This document shows, one piece after another, positions 13,341 through 26,600 of a DNA stretch of 64,000 nt. The stretch spans positions 406,038,001 to 406,102,000 of the forward strand of contig OZ024740.1 of NCBI GenBank assembly GCA_964016885.1, in the 5' to 3' direction. The translations under genes and the position numbers were made by a program. Within the stretch, counting starts at the first letter, position 1; each line of letters starts with the position of its first letter. The stretch comes from Eledone cirrhosa. Lineage: Eukaryota. The notes under the pieces are model-generated. The model made no database searches and was not told the origin of the DNA. It saw only the letters and a list, made by a program, of their open reading frames with translations.

Positions 13341-16300
13341 TTAATAGTGGTAGAGTTGGTGTTAATGGTGTTAGAGTTGGTGTTAATGGTGCTAGAGTTG
13401 GTGTTAATGGTGCTAGAGTTGGTGTTAATGGTGGTAGAGTTTGTGTTAATGGTGGTAGAGTTGATCTTTAATGGTGGTAGAGTTGGTGTTAATGGTGGTA
13501 GAGTTGGTGTTAATGGTGGTAGAGTTGGTGTTAATGGTGTTAGAGTTGGTGTTAATGGTGTTAGAGTTGGTGTTAATGGTGTTAGAGTTGGTGTTAATGG
13601 TGGTAGAGTTGGTGTTAATGGTGTTAGAGTTGGTGTTAATGGTGGTAGAGTTGGTGTTAATGGTAGATTTGGTGTTAATGGTGGTAGAGTTGGTTTTAAT
13701 CGTGTTAGATTTGGTCTTTAATGGTGGTAGAGTTGGTGTTAATGGTGGAAGAGTTGGTGTTAATGGTGGAAGAGTTGGTGTTAATTGTGTTAGAGTTGGT
13801 GTTAATGATGTTAGAGTTGGTGTTAATGGTGGTAGAGTTGGTGTTAATATTGGTAGAGTTGGTGTTAATGGTGGTAGAGTTGGTGTTAATGGTGGTAGAG
13901 TTGGTGTTAATGGTGTTAATGGTGTTAATGGTGTTAGAGTTGGTGTTAATGGTGGTAGAGTTGGGATTAATGGTGTTAGAGTTGGTCTTTAATGTTGGTA
14001 GAGTTGGTGTTAAAAGTGTTAGGGTTGGTGTCAATGGTGCTAGAGTTGGTGTTAATGGTGGTAGAGTTTGTGTTAATGGTGGTAGAGTTGGTCTTTAATG
14101 GTGGTAGAGTTGGTGTTAATGGTGGTAGAGTTGGTGTTAATGGTGGTAGAGTTGGTGTTAATGGTGTTAGTGTTGGTGTTAATGGTGTTAGAGTTGGTGT
14201 TAGAGTTGGTGTTAATGGTGGTAGAGTTGGTGTTAATGGTGTTAGAGTTGGTGTTAATGGTGCTAGAGTTGGTGTTAATGGTGGTAGAGTTTGTGTTAAT
14301 GGTGGTAGAGTTGGTCTTTAATGGTGTTAGAGTTGGTGTTAATGGTGGTAGAGTTGGTGTTAATGGTGGTAGAGTTGGTGTTAATGGTGTTAGAGTTGGT
14401 GTTAATGGTGTTAGAGTTGGTGTTAGAGTTGGTGTTAATGGTGGTAGAGTTGGTGTTAATGGTGGTAGAGTTGGTTTTAATGGTGTTAGAGTTGGTGTTA
14501 ATGGTGGTAGTGTTGGTGTTAATGGTGTTAGAGTTGGTGTTAATGGTGGTAGAGTTGGTGTTAATGGTGGTAGAGTTGCTCTTTAATGGTGGTAGAGTTG
14601 GTGTTAATGGTGTTAGAGTTGGTGTTAATGGTGCTAGAGTTGCTGTTAATGGTGTTAGAGTTGGTCTTTAATGGTGGTAGGGTTGGTGTTAATGGTGTTA
14701 GAGTTGGTGTTAATGGTGGTTGAGTTGCTGTTAATGGTGGTAGAGTTGGTGTTAATAGTGGTAGAGTTGGCGTTAATGGTGTTAGAGTTGGTGTTAATGG
14801 TGTTAGAGTTGGTGTTAATGGTGTTAGAGTTGGTGTTAATGGTGCTAGAGTTGCTGTTAATGGTGTTAGAGTTGGTCTTTAATGGTGGTAGAGTTGGTGT
14901 TAATGGTGTTAGAGTTGGTGTTAATGGTGGTAGAGTTGGTGTTAATGGTGTTAGAGTTGGTGTTAATGGTGGTAGTGTTGGTGTTAATGGTGTTAGAGTT
15001 GGTCTTTAATGGTGGTAGAGTTGGTGTTAATGGTGGTAGAGTTGGTGTTAAAGGTGTTAGAGTTGGTGTTAATGGTGTTAGAGTTGGGTTTTAATGGTGG
15101 TAGAGTTGGTGTTAATAGTGGTAGAGTTGGTGTTAATGGTGGTAGAGTTGCTCTTTAATGGTGGTAGAGTTGGTGTTAATGGTGTTAGAGTTGGTGTTAA
15201 TGGTGCTAGAGTTGCTGTTAATGGTGTTAGAGTTGGTCTTTAATGGTGGTAGAGTTGGTGTTAATGGTGTTAGAGTTGGTGTTAATGGTGGTTGAGTTGC
15301 TGTTAATGGTGTTAGAGTTGGTGTTAATAGTGGTAGAGTTGGCGTTAATGGTGTTAGAGTTGGTGTTAATGGTGTTAGAGTTGGTGTTAATGGTGTTAGA
15401 GTTGGCGGAGTTGATGTTAATGGTGGTAGAGTTGGTGTTAATGGTGGTAGAGTTGGTCTTTAATGGTGGTAGAGTTGGTCTTTAATGGTGGTAGAGTTGG
15501 TGTTAATGGTGGTAGAGTTGGTGTTAATGGTGTTAGAGTTGGTGTTAATAGTGGTAGAGTTGGTGTTAATGGTGTTAGAGTTGGTGTTAATGGTGCTAGA
15601 GTTGGTGTTAATGGTGCTAGAGTTGGTGTTAATGGTGGTAGAGTTTGTGTTAATGGTGGTAGAGTTGATCTTTAATGGTGGTAGAGTTGGTGTTAATGGT
15701 GGTAGAGTTGGTGTTAATGGTGGTAGAGTTGGTGTTAATGGTGTTAGAGTTGGTGTTAATGGTGTTAGAGTTGGTGTTAATGGTGTTAGAGTTGGTGTTA
15801 ATGGTGGTAGAGTTGGTGTTAATGGTGTTAGAGTTGGTGTTAGAGTTGGTGTTAATGGTAGATTTGGTGTTAATGGTGGTAGAGTTGGTTTTAATCGTGT
15901 TAGATTTGGTCTTTAATGGTGGTAGAGTTGGTGTTAATGGTGGAAGAGTTGGTGTTAATGGTGGAAGAGTTGGTGTTAATTGTGTTAGAGTTGGTGTTAA
16001 TGATGTTAGAGTTGGTGTTAATGGTGGTAGAGTTGGTGTTAATATTGGTAGAGTTGGTGTTAATGGTGGTAGAGTTGGTGTTAATGGTGGTAGAGTTGGT
16101 GTTAATGGTGTTAATGGTGTTAATGGTGTTAGAGTTGGTGTTAATGGTGGTAGAGTTGGGATTAATGGTGTTAGAGTTGGTCTTTAATGTTGGTAGAGTT
16201 GGTGTTAAAAGTGTTAGGGTTGGTGTTAATGGTGCTAGAGTTGGTGTTAATGGTGGTAGAGTTTGTGTTAATGGTGGTAGAGTTGGTCTTTAATGGTGGT

Positions 16301-17300
16301 AGAGTTGGTGTTAATGGTGGTAGAGTTGGTGTTAATGGTGGTAGAGTTGGTGTTAATGGTGTTAGTGTTGGTGTTAATGGTGTTAGAGTTGGTGTTAGAG
16401 TTGGTGTTAATGGTGGTAGAGTTGGTGTTAATGGTGTTAGAGTTGGTGTTAATGGTGCTAGAGTTGGTGTTAATGGTGGTAGAGTTTGTGTTAATGGTGG
16501 TAGAGTTGGTCTTTAATGGTGTTAGAGTTGGTGTTAATGGTGGTAGAGTTGGTGTTAATGGTGGTAGAGTTGGTGTTAATGGTGTTAGAGTTGGTGTTAG
16601 AGTTGGTGTTAATGGTGGTAGAGTTGGTGTTAATGGTGGTAGAGTTGGTGTTAAAGGTGTTAGAGTTGGTGTTAATGGTGTTAGAGTTGGGTTTTAATGG
16701 TGGTAGAGTTGGTTTTAATGGTGTTAGAGTTGGTGTTAATGGTGGTAGTGTTGGTGTTAATGGTGTTAGAGTTGGTCTTTAATGGTGGTAGAGTTGGTGT
16801 TAATGGTGGTAGAGTTGGTGTTTATGGTGGTAGAGTTGGTGTTAATGGTGTTAGAGTTGGTGTTAATGGTGTTAGAGTTGGTGTTAATGGTGTTAGAGTT
16901 GGTGTTAATGGTGGTAGAGTTGGTGTTAATGGTGGTAGAGTTGGTGTTAATGGTGTTAGAGTTGGTGTTAATGGTGTTAGAGTTGGTGTTAATGGTGGTA
17001 GAGTTGGTGTTAATGGTGGTAGAGTTGCTCTTTAATGGTGGTAGAGTTGGTGTTAATGGTGTTAGAGTTGGTGTTAATGGTGCTAGAGTTGCTGTTAATG
17101 GTGTTAGAGTTGGTCTTTAATGGTGGTAGGGTTGGTGTTAATGGTGTTAGAGTTGGTGTTAATGGTGGTTGAGTTGCTGTTAATGGTGGTAGAGTTGGTG
17201 TTAATAGTGGTAGAGTTGGCGTTAATGGTGTTAGAGTTGATGTTAATGGTGGTAGAGTTGGTGTTAATGGTGGTAGAGTTGGTCTTTAATGGTGGTAGAG
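13146..17300. repeat. ~2.1-2.4-kb higher-order duplication (2195-bp offset over its core)
   Basis: ORF pairs 13721/15916, 13992/16187 and 14098/16293 share the offset. Shared rare markers are GATCTTT, AATCGTGTTAGATTT, GGGATT and AAAAGTGTTAGGG. Confidence 0.8.
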
Positions 17301-20300
17301 TTGGTCTTTAATGGTGGTAGAGTTGGTGTTAATGGTGGTAGAGTTGGTGTTAATGGTGTTAGAGTTGGTGTTAATAGTGGTAGAGTTGGTGTTAATGGTG
17401 TTAGAGTTGGTGTTAATGGTGGTAGAGTTTGTGTTAATGGTGGTAGAGTTGATCTTTAATGGTGGTAGAGTTGGTGTTAATGGTGGTAGAGTTGGTGTTA
17501 ATGGTGGTAGAGTTGGTGTTAATGGTGTTAGAGTTGGTGTTAATGGTGTTAGAGTTGGTGTTAATGGTGTTAGAGTTGGTGTTAATGGTGGTAGAGTTGG
17601 TGTTAATGGTGTTAGAGTTGGTCTTTAATGTTGGTAGAGTTGGTGTTAATGGTGTTAGAGTTGGTGTTAATGGTGGTAGAGTTGGTGTTAATGGTAGATT
17701 TGGTGTTAATGGTGGTAGAGTTGGTTTTAATCGTGTTAGATTTGGTCTTTAATGGTGGTAGAGTTGGTGTTAATGGTGTTAGAATTGGTCTTTAATGGTG
17801 GTAGAGTTGGTGTTAATGGTGGTAGAGTTGGTGTTCATGGTGTTAGAGTTGGTCTTTAATGTTGGTAGAGTTGGTGTTAATGGTGTTAGAGTTGGTGTTA
17901 ATGGTGGTAGAGTTGGTGTTAATGATGTTAGAGTTGGTGTTAATGGTGGTAGAGTTGGTGTTAATGGAGTTAGAGTTGGTATTAATGGTGTTAATGGTGT
18001 TAGAGTTGGATTTAATGGTGTTAGAGTTGGTCTTTAATGGTGGTAGAGTTGGTGTTAATGGTGGTAGAGTTGGTGTTAATGGTGTTAGAGTTGGTGTTAA
18101 TGGAGTTAGAGTTGGTATTAATGGTGTTAATGGTGTTAGAGTTGGTTTTAATGGTGTTAGAGTTGGTCTTTAATGTTGGTAGAGTTGGGGTTAATGGTGT
18201 TAGAGTTGGTGTTAATGGTGTTAGAGATGATGTTAATGGTGGTAGAGTTGGTGTTAATATTGGTAGAGTTGGTGTTAATGGTGGTAGAGTTGGTGTTAAT
18301 GGTGGTAGAGTTGGTGTTAATGGTGTTAATGGTGTTAGAGTTGGTGTTAATGGTGGTAGAGTTGGGATTAATGGTGTTAGAGTTGGTCTTTAATGTTGGT
18401 AGAGTTGGTGTTAAAAGTGTTAGGGTTGGTGTTAATGGTGCTAGAGTTGGTGTTAATGGTGGTAGAGTTTGTGTTAATGGTGGTAGAGTTGGTCTTTAAT
18501 GGTGGTAGAGTTGGTGTTAATGGTGGTAGAGTTGGTGTTAATGGTGGTAGAGTTGGTGTTAATGGTGTTAGAGTTGGTGTTAATGGTGTTAGAGTTGGTG
18601 TTAGAGTTGGTGTTAATGGTGGTAGAGTTGGTGTTAATGGTGGTAGAGTTGGTGTTAATGGTGTTAGAGTTGGTGTTAATGGTGCTAGAGTTGGTGTTAA
18701 TGGTGGTAGAGTTTGTGTTAATGGTGGTAGAGTTGGTGTTAATGGTGCTAGAGTTGGTGTTAATGGTGGTAGAGTTTGTGTTAATGGTGGTAGAGTTGGT
18801 CTTTAATGGTGTTAGAGTTGGTGTTAATGGTGGTAGAGTTGGTGTTAATGGTGGTAGAGTTGGTGTTAATGGTGTTAGAGTTGGTGTTAATGGTGGTAGA
18901 GTTGGTGTTAATGGTGGTAGAGTTGCTCTTTAATGGTGGTAGAGTTGGTGTTAATGGTGTTAGAGTTGGTGTTAATGGTGCTAGAGTTGCTGTTAATGGT
19001 GTTAGAGTTGGTCTTTAATGGTGGTAGAGATGGTGTTAATGGTGTTAGAGTTGGTGTTAATGGTGGTAGAGTTGGTGTTAATGGTGGTAGAGTTGGTGTT
19101 AATGGTGGTAGAGTTGGTGTTAATGGTGGAAGAGTTGATGTTAATGGTGGTAGAATTGGTGTTAATGGTTATTAGAGTTGGTGTTAATGGTGGTAGAGTT
19201 GGTCTTTAATGGTGGTAGAGTTGGTGTTAATTGTGGTAGAGTTGGTGTTAATCGTGGCAGAATTTGTGTTAATCGTGTCAGAGTTGGTGTTAATGGTGGT
19301 AGAGTTGGTGTTAATGGTGTTAGAGTTGGTCTTTAATGGCGGTAGAGCTGGTGTTAATGGTGTTAAGGTTGGGGTTAATGGTGTTAGAGTTGATATTAAT
19401 GGTGTAAGAATTGGTGTTAGAGTTGGTGGAGTTGGTGTTAATGGTGGTAGAGTTGGTGTTAATGGTGTTAAAGTTGGTCTTTAATGGTGGTAGAGTTGGT
19501 GTTAATGGTGTTAGAGTCGATGTTAATGGTGTTAGAATTGGAGTTAATGGTGTTAGAGTTGGTGTTAATGGTGGTAGAGTTGCTGTTAATGGTGTTAGAG
19601 TTGGTCTTTAATGGTGGTGGAGTTGGTGTTAATGGTGTTAGAGTTGGTGTTAATAGTGGTAGAGTTGGCGTTAATGGTGTTAGAGTTGGTGTTAATGGTG
19701 TTAGAGTTGGTGTTAATGGTGTTAGAGTTGGCGGAGTTGATGTTAATGGTGGTAGAATTGGTGTTAATGGTGGTAGAGTTGGTCTTTAATGGTGGTAGAG
19801 TTGGGCTTTAATGGTGGTAGAGTTGGTGTTAATGGTGTTAGAGTTGGTGTTATAGTGTTAGAGTTGGAGTTAATGGTGGTAGAGTTGGTGTTAAGGGTGG
19901 TACAGTTGGTGTTAATGGTGGTAGAGTTGGTGTTAATGGTGTTAGAGTTGGTTTTAATGGTGGTAGAGTTGGTGTTAATGGTGGTAGAGTTGGTCTTTAA
20001 TGGTGTTAGAGTTGGTGTTAATAGTGTTAGAGTTGGTGTTAATGGTGGTAGAGTTGGTGTTAATGGTGGTAGAGTTGGTGTTAAAGGTGTTAGAGTTGGT
20101 TTTAATGGTGGTAGAGTTGGTGTTAATGGTGTTAGAGTTGGTCTTTAATGGTGGTAGAGTCGGTGTTAATGGTGTTAGCGTTGGTGTTAATGGTGTTAGA
20201 GTTGGTGTTAATGGTGGTAGAGTTGGTGTTAATGGTGTTAGAGTTGGTGTTAATGGTGTTAGAGTTGGTCTTTAATGGTGGTAGATTTGGTGTTAATATT

Positions 20301-23300
20301 GGTAGAGTTGGTCTTTAATGGTGGTAGAGTTGGTGTTAATGGTGGTAGAGTTGGTTTTAATGGTGTTAGAGTTGGTGTTAATGGTGGTAGAGTTGGTCTT
20401 TAATGGTGGTAGAGTTGGTGTTAATGGTGGTAGAGTTGGTGTTAATGGTATTAGAGTTGGTCTTTAATGTTGGTAGAGTTGGTGTTAATGGTGTTAGAGT
20501 TGGTGTTAATGGTGTTAGAGATGATGTTAATGGTGGTAGAGTTGGTGTTAATATTGGTAGAGTTGGTGTTAATGGTGGTAGAGTTGGTGTTAATGGTGGT
20601 AGAGTTGGTGTTAATTGTGTTAATGGTGTTAATGGTGTTAGAGTTGGTGTTAATGGTGGTAGAGTTGGGATTAATGGTGTTAGAGTTGGTCTTTAATGTT
20701 GGTAGAGTTGGTGTTAAAAGTGTTAGGGTTGGTGTTAATGGTGCTAGAGTTGGTGTTAATGGTGGTAGAGTTTGTGTTAATGGTGGTAGAGTTGGTCTTT
20801 AATGGTGGTAGAGTTGGTGTTAATGGTGGTAGAGTTGGTGTTAATGGTGGTAGAGTTGGTGTTAATGGTGTTAGAGTTGGTGTTAATGGTGTTAGAGTTG
20901 GTGTTAGAGTTGGTGTTAATGGTGGTAGAGTTGGTGTTAATGGTGGTAGAGTTGGTGTTAATGGTGTTAGAGTTGGTGTTAATGGTGCTAGAGTTGGTGT
21001 TAATGGTGGTAGAGTTTGTGTTAATGGTGGTAGAGTTGGTCTTTAATGGTGGTAGAGTTGGTGTTAATGGTGGTAGAGTTGGTGTTAATGGTGTTAGAGT
21101 TGGTGTTAATGGTGTTAGAGTTGGTGTTAGAGTTGGTGTTAATGGTGGTAGAGTTGGTGTTAATGGTGGTAGAGTTGGTGTTAAAGGTGTTAGAGTTGGT
21201 GTTAATGGTGTTAGAGTTGGGTTTTAATGGTGGTAGAGTTGGTGTTAATGGTGTTAGAGTTGGTGTTAATGGTGGTAGAGTTGGTGTTAATGGTGTTAGA
21301 GTTGGTCTTTAATGGTGGTAGAGCTGGTGTTAATGGTGTTAGAGTTGGTGTTAATGGTGGTAGAGTTGGTGTTAATGGTGGTAGAGTTGGTGTTTATGGT
21401 GGTAGAGTTGGTGTTAATGGTGTTAGAGTTGGTGTTAATGGTGTTAGAGTTGGTGTTAATGGTGTTAGAGTTGGTGTTAATGGTGGTAGAGTTGGTGTTA
21501 ATGGTGGTAGAGTTGGTGTTAATGGTGGTAGAGTTGGTGTTAATGGTGTTAGAGTTGGTGTTAATGGTGTTAGAGTTGGTGTTAATGGTGGTAGATTTGG
21601 TGTTAATGGTGGTAGAGTTGCTCTTTAATGGTGGTAGAGTTGGTGTTAATGGTGTTAGAGTTGGTGCTAATGGTGGTAGAGTTGCTGTTAATGGTGTTAG
21701 AGTTGGTCTTTAATGGTGGTAGTGTTGGTGTTAGAGTTGGTGTTAATGGTGGTAGAGTTGGTGTTAATGGTGGTAGAGTTGGTGTTAATGGTGGTCGAAT
21801 TGGTGTTAATGGTTATTAGAGTTGGTGTTAATGGTGTTAGAGTTGGTGTTAATGGTGGTAGAGTTGGTGTTAATGGTGTTAGAGTTGGTGTTAATGGTGG
21901 TAGAGTTGGTCTTTAATGGCGGTAGAGTTGGTGTTAATTGTGGTAGAGTTGGTGTTAATCGTGTTAGAGTTGGTGTTAATGGTGTCAGAGTTGGTGTTAA
22001 TGGTGGTAGAGTTGGTGTTAATGGTGTTAGAGTTGGTCTTTAATGGCGGTAGAGCTGGTGTTAATGGTGTTAGAGTTGGTGTTAATGGTGTTAGAGTTGA
22101 TATTAATGGTGGTAGAGTTGGTGTTAATGGTGTTAGAGTTGGTGTTAATGGTGGTAGAGTTGGTCTTTAATGGCGGTAGAGTTGGTGTTAATAGTGGTAG
22201 AGTTGGCGTTAATGGTGTTAGAGTTGGTGTTAATGGTGTTAGAGTTGGCAGAGTTGATGTTAATGGTGGTAGAGTTGGTGTTAATGGTGGTAGAGTTGGT
22301 CTTTAATGGTGGTAGAGTTGGTCTTTAATGGTGGTAGAGTTGGTGTTAATTGTGTTAGAGTTGGTGTTATAGTGTTAGAGTTGGAGTTAATGGTGGTAGA
22401 GTTGGTGTTAATGGTGGTAGAGTTGGTGTCAATGGTGGTAAAGTTGGTGTTAATGGTGTTAGAGTTGGCGTTAATGGTGGTAGAGTTGGTGTTAATGGTG
22501 GTAGAGTTGGTCTTTAATGGTGGTAGAGTTGGTGTTAATGGTGGTAGAGTTGGTGTTAATGGTGGTAGAGTTGGTGTTAATGGTGTTAGAGTTGGTGTTA
22601 ATAGTGTTAGAGTTGGTGTTAATGGTGTTAGAGTTGGTGTTAATGGTGGTAGAGTTGGTGTTAAAGGTGTTAGAGTTGGTGTTAATGGTGGTAGAGTTGG
22701 TGTTAATGGTGTTAGAGTTGGTCTAATGGTGGTAGAGTCGGTGGTAATGGTGTTAGAGTTGGTGTTAATGGTGGTATAGTTGGTGTTAATGGTGTTAGAG
22801 TTGGTGTTAATGGTGTTATAGTTGGTGTTAATGGTGTTAGAGTTGGTCTTTAATGGTGGTAGATTTGGTATTAATATTGGTAGAGTTGGTCTTTAATGGT
22901 GGTAGAGTTGCTGTTAATGGTGTTAGAGTTGGTCTTTAATGGTGGTAGTGTTGGTGTTAGAGTTGGTGTTCATGGTGGTAGAGTTGGTGTTAATGGTGGT
23001 AGAGTTGGTGTTAATGGTGGTCGAATTGGTGTTAATGGTTATTAGAGTTGGTGTTAATGGTGTTAGAGTTGGTGTTAATGGTGGTAGAGTTGGTGTTAAT
23101 GGTGTTAGAGTTGGTGTTAATGGTGGTAGAGTTGGTCTTTAATGGCGGTAGAGTTGGTGTTAATCGTGGTAGAGTTGGTGTTAATGGTGTCAGAGTTGGT
23201 GTTAGTGGTGGTAGAGTTGGTGTTAATGGTGGTAGAGTTGGTGTTAATGGTGTTAGAGTTGGTGTTAATGGTGTTAGAGTTGGTCTTTAATGGTGGTAGA

Positions 23301-23564
23301 TTTGGTGTTAATATTGGTAGAGTTGGTCTTTAATGGTGGTAGAGTTGGTGTTAATGGTGGTAGAGTTGGTTTTAATGGTGTTAGAGTTGGTGTTAATGGT
23401 GTTAGAGTTGGTGTTAATGGTGTTAGAGTTGGTGTTAATGGTGTTAGAGTTGGTGTTAATGGTGGTAGAGTTGGTCTTTAATGGTGGTAGAGTTGGTGTT
23501 AATGGTGGTAGAGTTAGTGTTAATGGTGTTAGAGTTGGTCTTTAATGTTGGTAGAGTTGGTGTT

Positions 23565-23621
23565 AATGGTGTTAATGGTGTTAATGGTGGTGTTAATGGT
23601 GTTAATGGTGTTAATGGTGTT
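23565..23621. repeat. Local run of the 9-bp sub-unit (AATGGTGTT)x5 with one AATGGTGGTGTT
   Basis: Read directly: 57 bp lacking the AGAGTT part of the monomer. Confidence 0.92.
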
Positions 23622-26600
23622 AATGGTGGTAGAGTTGCTCTTTAATGGTGTTAGAGTTGGTGTTAATGGTGTTAGAGTTGGTGTTAATGGTGGTAGAGTT
23701 GGTCTTTAATGGCGGTAGAGTTGGTGTTAATAGTGGTAGAGTTGGCGTTAATGGTGTTAGAGTTGGTGTTAATGGTGTTAGAGTTGGCAGAGTTGATGTT
23801 AATGGTGGTAGAGTTGGTGTTAATGGTGGTAGAGTTGGTCTTTAATGGTGGTAGAGTTGGTCTTTAATGGTGGTAGAGTTGGTGTTAATTGTGTTAGAGT
23901 TGGTGTTATAGTGTTAGAGTTGGAGTTAATGGTGGTAGAGTTGGTGTTAATGGTGGTAGAGTTGGTGTTAATGGTGGTAAAGTTGGTGTTAATGGTGTTA
24001 GAGTTGGCGTTAATGGTGGTAGAGTTGGTGTTAATGGTGGTAGAGTTGGTCTTTAATGGTGGTAGAGTTGGTGTTAATGGTGGTAGAGTTGGTGTTAATG
24101 GTGGTAGAGTTGGTGTTAATGGTGTTAGAGTTGGTGTTAATAGTGTTAGAGTTGGTGTTAATGGTGTTAGAGTTGGTGTTAATGGTGGTAGAGTTGGTGT
24201 TAAAGGTGTTAGAGTTGGTGTTAATGGTGGTAGAGTTGGTGTTAATGGTGTTAGAGTTGGTCTAATGGTGGTAGAGTCGGTGTTAATGGTGTTAGAGTTG
24301 GTGTTAATGGTGGTAGAGTTGGTGTTAATGGTGTTAGAGTTGGTGTTAATGGTGTTAGAGTTGGTGTTAATGGTGGTAGAGTTGGTCTTTAATGGTGGTA
24401 GATTTGGTGTTAATATTGGTAGAGTTGGTCTTTAATGGTGGTAGAGTTGGTGTTAATGGTGGTAGAGTTGGTTTTAATGGTGTTAGAGTTGGTGTTAATG
24501 GTGTTAGAGTTGGTGTTAATGGTGTTAGAGTTGGTGTTAATGGTGGTAGAGTTGGTCTTTAATGGTGGTAGAGTTGGTGTTAATGGTGGTAGAGTTGGGG
24601 TTAATGGTGTTAGAGTTGGTGTTAATGGTGTTGGAGTTGATGTTAATGGTGGTAGGGATGGTGTTAATGGTGGTAGAGTTGGTGTTAATGGTGGTAGAAT
24701 TGGTGTTAATGGTGGTAGAGTTGGTGTTAATGGTGGAAGTGTTGGTGTTAATTGTGTTGGAGTTGGTGTTAATGGTGTTAGAGTTGGTGTTAATGGTGGT
24801 AGAGTTGGTGTTAATGGTGTTAGAGTTGGTGTTAATGGTGTTAGAGTTGGTCTTTAATGGTGGTAGATTTGGTGTTAATATTGGTAGAGTTGGTCTTTAA
24901 TGGTGGTAGAGTTGGTGTTAATGGTGGTAGAGTTGGTTTTAATGGTGTTAGAGTTGGTGTTAATGGTGGTAGAGTTGGTGTTAATGGTGTTATAGTTGGT
25001 GTTAATGGTGTTAGAGTTGGTTTTAATGGTGGTAGAGTTGGGGTTAATGGTGTTAGAGTTGGTGTTAATGGTGCTAGAGTTGGTGTTAATGGTGGTAGAG
25101 TTTGTGTTAATGGTGGTAGAGTTGGTCTTTAATGGTGGTAGAGTTGGTGTTAATGGTGGTAGAGTTGGTGTTAATGGTGGTAGAGTTGGTGTTAAAGGTG
25201 TTAGAGTTGGTGTTAATGGTGTTAGAGTTGGGTTTTAATGGTGGTAGAGTTGGTGTTAATGGTGGTAGAGTCGGTGTTAATGGTGTTAGCGGTGGTGTTA
25301 ATGGTGGTAGAGTTGGTGTTAATGGTGGTAGAGTTGGTGTTAATGGTGGTAGAGTTGCTCTTTAATGGTGTTAGAGTTGGTGTTAATGGTGTTAGAGTTG
25401 GTCTTTAATGGTGGTAGTGTTGGTGTTAATGGTGTTAGAGTTGGTGTTAATGGTGGTAGAGTTGGTGTTAATGGTGGTAGAGTTGGTGTTAATGGTGGTA
25501 GAGTTGGTGTTAATTGTGGTCGAATTGGTGTTAATGGTTATTAGATTTGGTGTTAGAGTTGGTGTTAATGGTGGTAGAGTTGGTGTTAATGGTGTTAGAG
25601 TTGGTGTTAATGGTGGTAGAGTTGGTCTTTAATGGTGGTAGAGTTGGTGTTAATTGTGGTAGAGTTGGTGTTAATCGTGGTAGAGTTGGTGTTAATGGTG
25701 TCAGAGTTGGTGTTAATGGTGGTAGAGTTGGTGTTAATGGTGTTAGAGTTGGTCTTTAATGGCGGTAGAGCTGGTGTAAATGGTGTTAGAGTTGGTGTTA
25801 ATGGTGTTAGAGTTGATATTAATGTTGGTAGAGTTGGTGTTAATGGTGTTAGAGTTGGTGTTAATGGTGGTAGAGTTGGTTTTAATGGTGTTAGAGTCGA
25901 TGTTAATGGTGTTAGAATTGGAGTTAATGGTGTTAGAGTTGGTGTTAATGGTGTTAATGGGGGTAGAGTTGCTGTTAATGGTGTTAGAGTTGGTCTTTAA
26001 TGGTGGTAGAGTTGGTGTTAATGGTGTTAGAGTTGGTGTTAATGGTGTTAGAGTTGGTGTTAATGGTGTTAGAGTTGGTGTTAATGGTGTTATAGTTGGT
26101 GTTAATGGTGTTAGAGTTGGTCTTTAATGGTGGTAGATTTGGTGTTAATATTGGTAGAGTTGGTCTTTAATGGTGGTAGAGTTGGTGTTAATGGTGGTAG
26201 AGTTGGTTTTAATGGTGTTAGAGTTGGTGTTAATGGTGTTAGAGTTGGTGTTAATGGTGTTAGAGTTGGTGTTAATGGTGGTAGAGTTGGTCTTTAATGG
26301 TGGTAGAGTTGGTGTTAATGGTGGTAGAGTTGGGGTTAATGGTGTTAGAGTTGGTGTTAGAGTTGATGTTAATGGTGGTAGAGATGGTGTTAATGGTGGT
26401 AGAGTTGGTGTAAATGGTGGTAGAGTTGGTGTTAATGGTGGTAGAGTTGGTGTTAATGGTGGAAGTGTTGGTATTAATTGTGTTGGAGTTGGTGTTAATG
26501 GTGTTAGAGTTGGTGTTAATGGTGGTAGAGTTGGTGTTAATATTGGTAGAGTTGGTGTTAATGGTGGTAGAGTTGGTGTTAATGGTGTTATAGTTGGTGT

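Noticed and set aside
13705-14034. Minus-strand 109-aa Thr/Asn-rich ORF (also 51256-51483) as a real gene
   Set aside because: It exists only because a single T>C variant creates a TTG start on the minus strand. It switches repeat frame midway and has no unique sequence.
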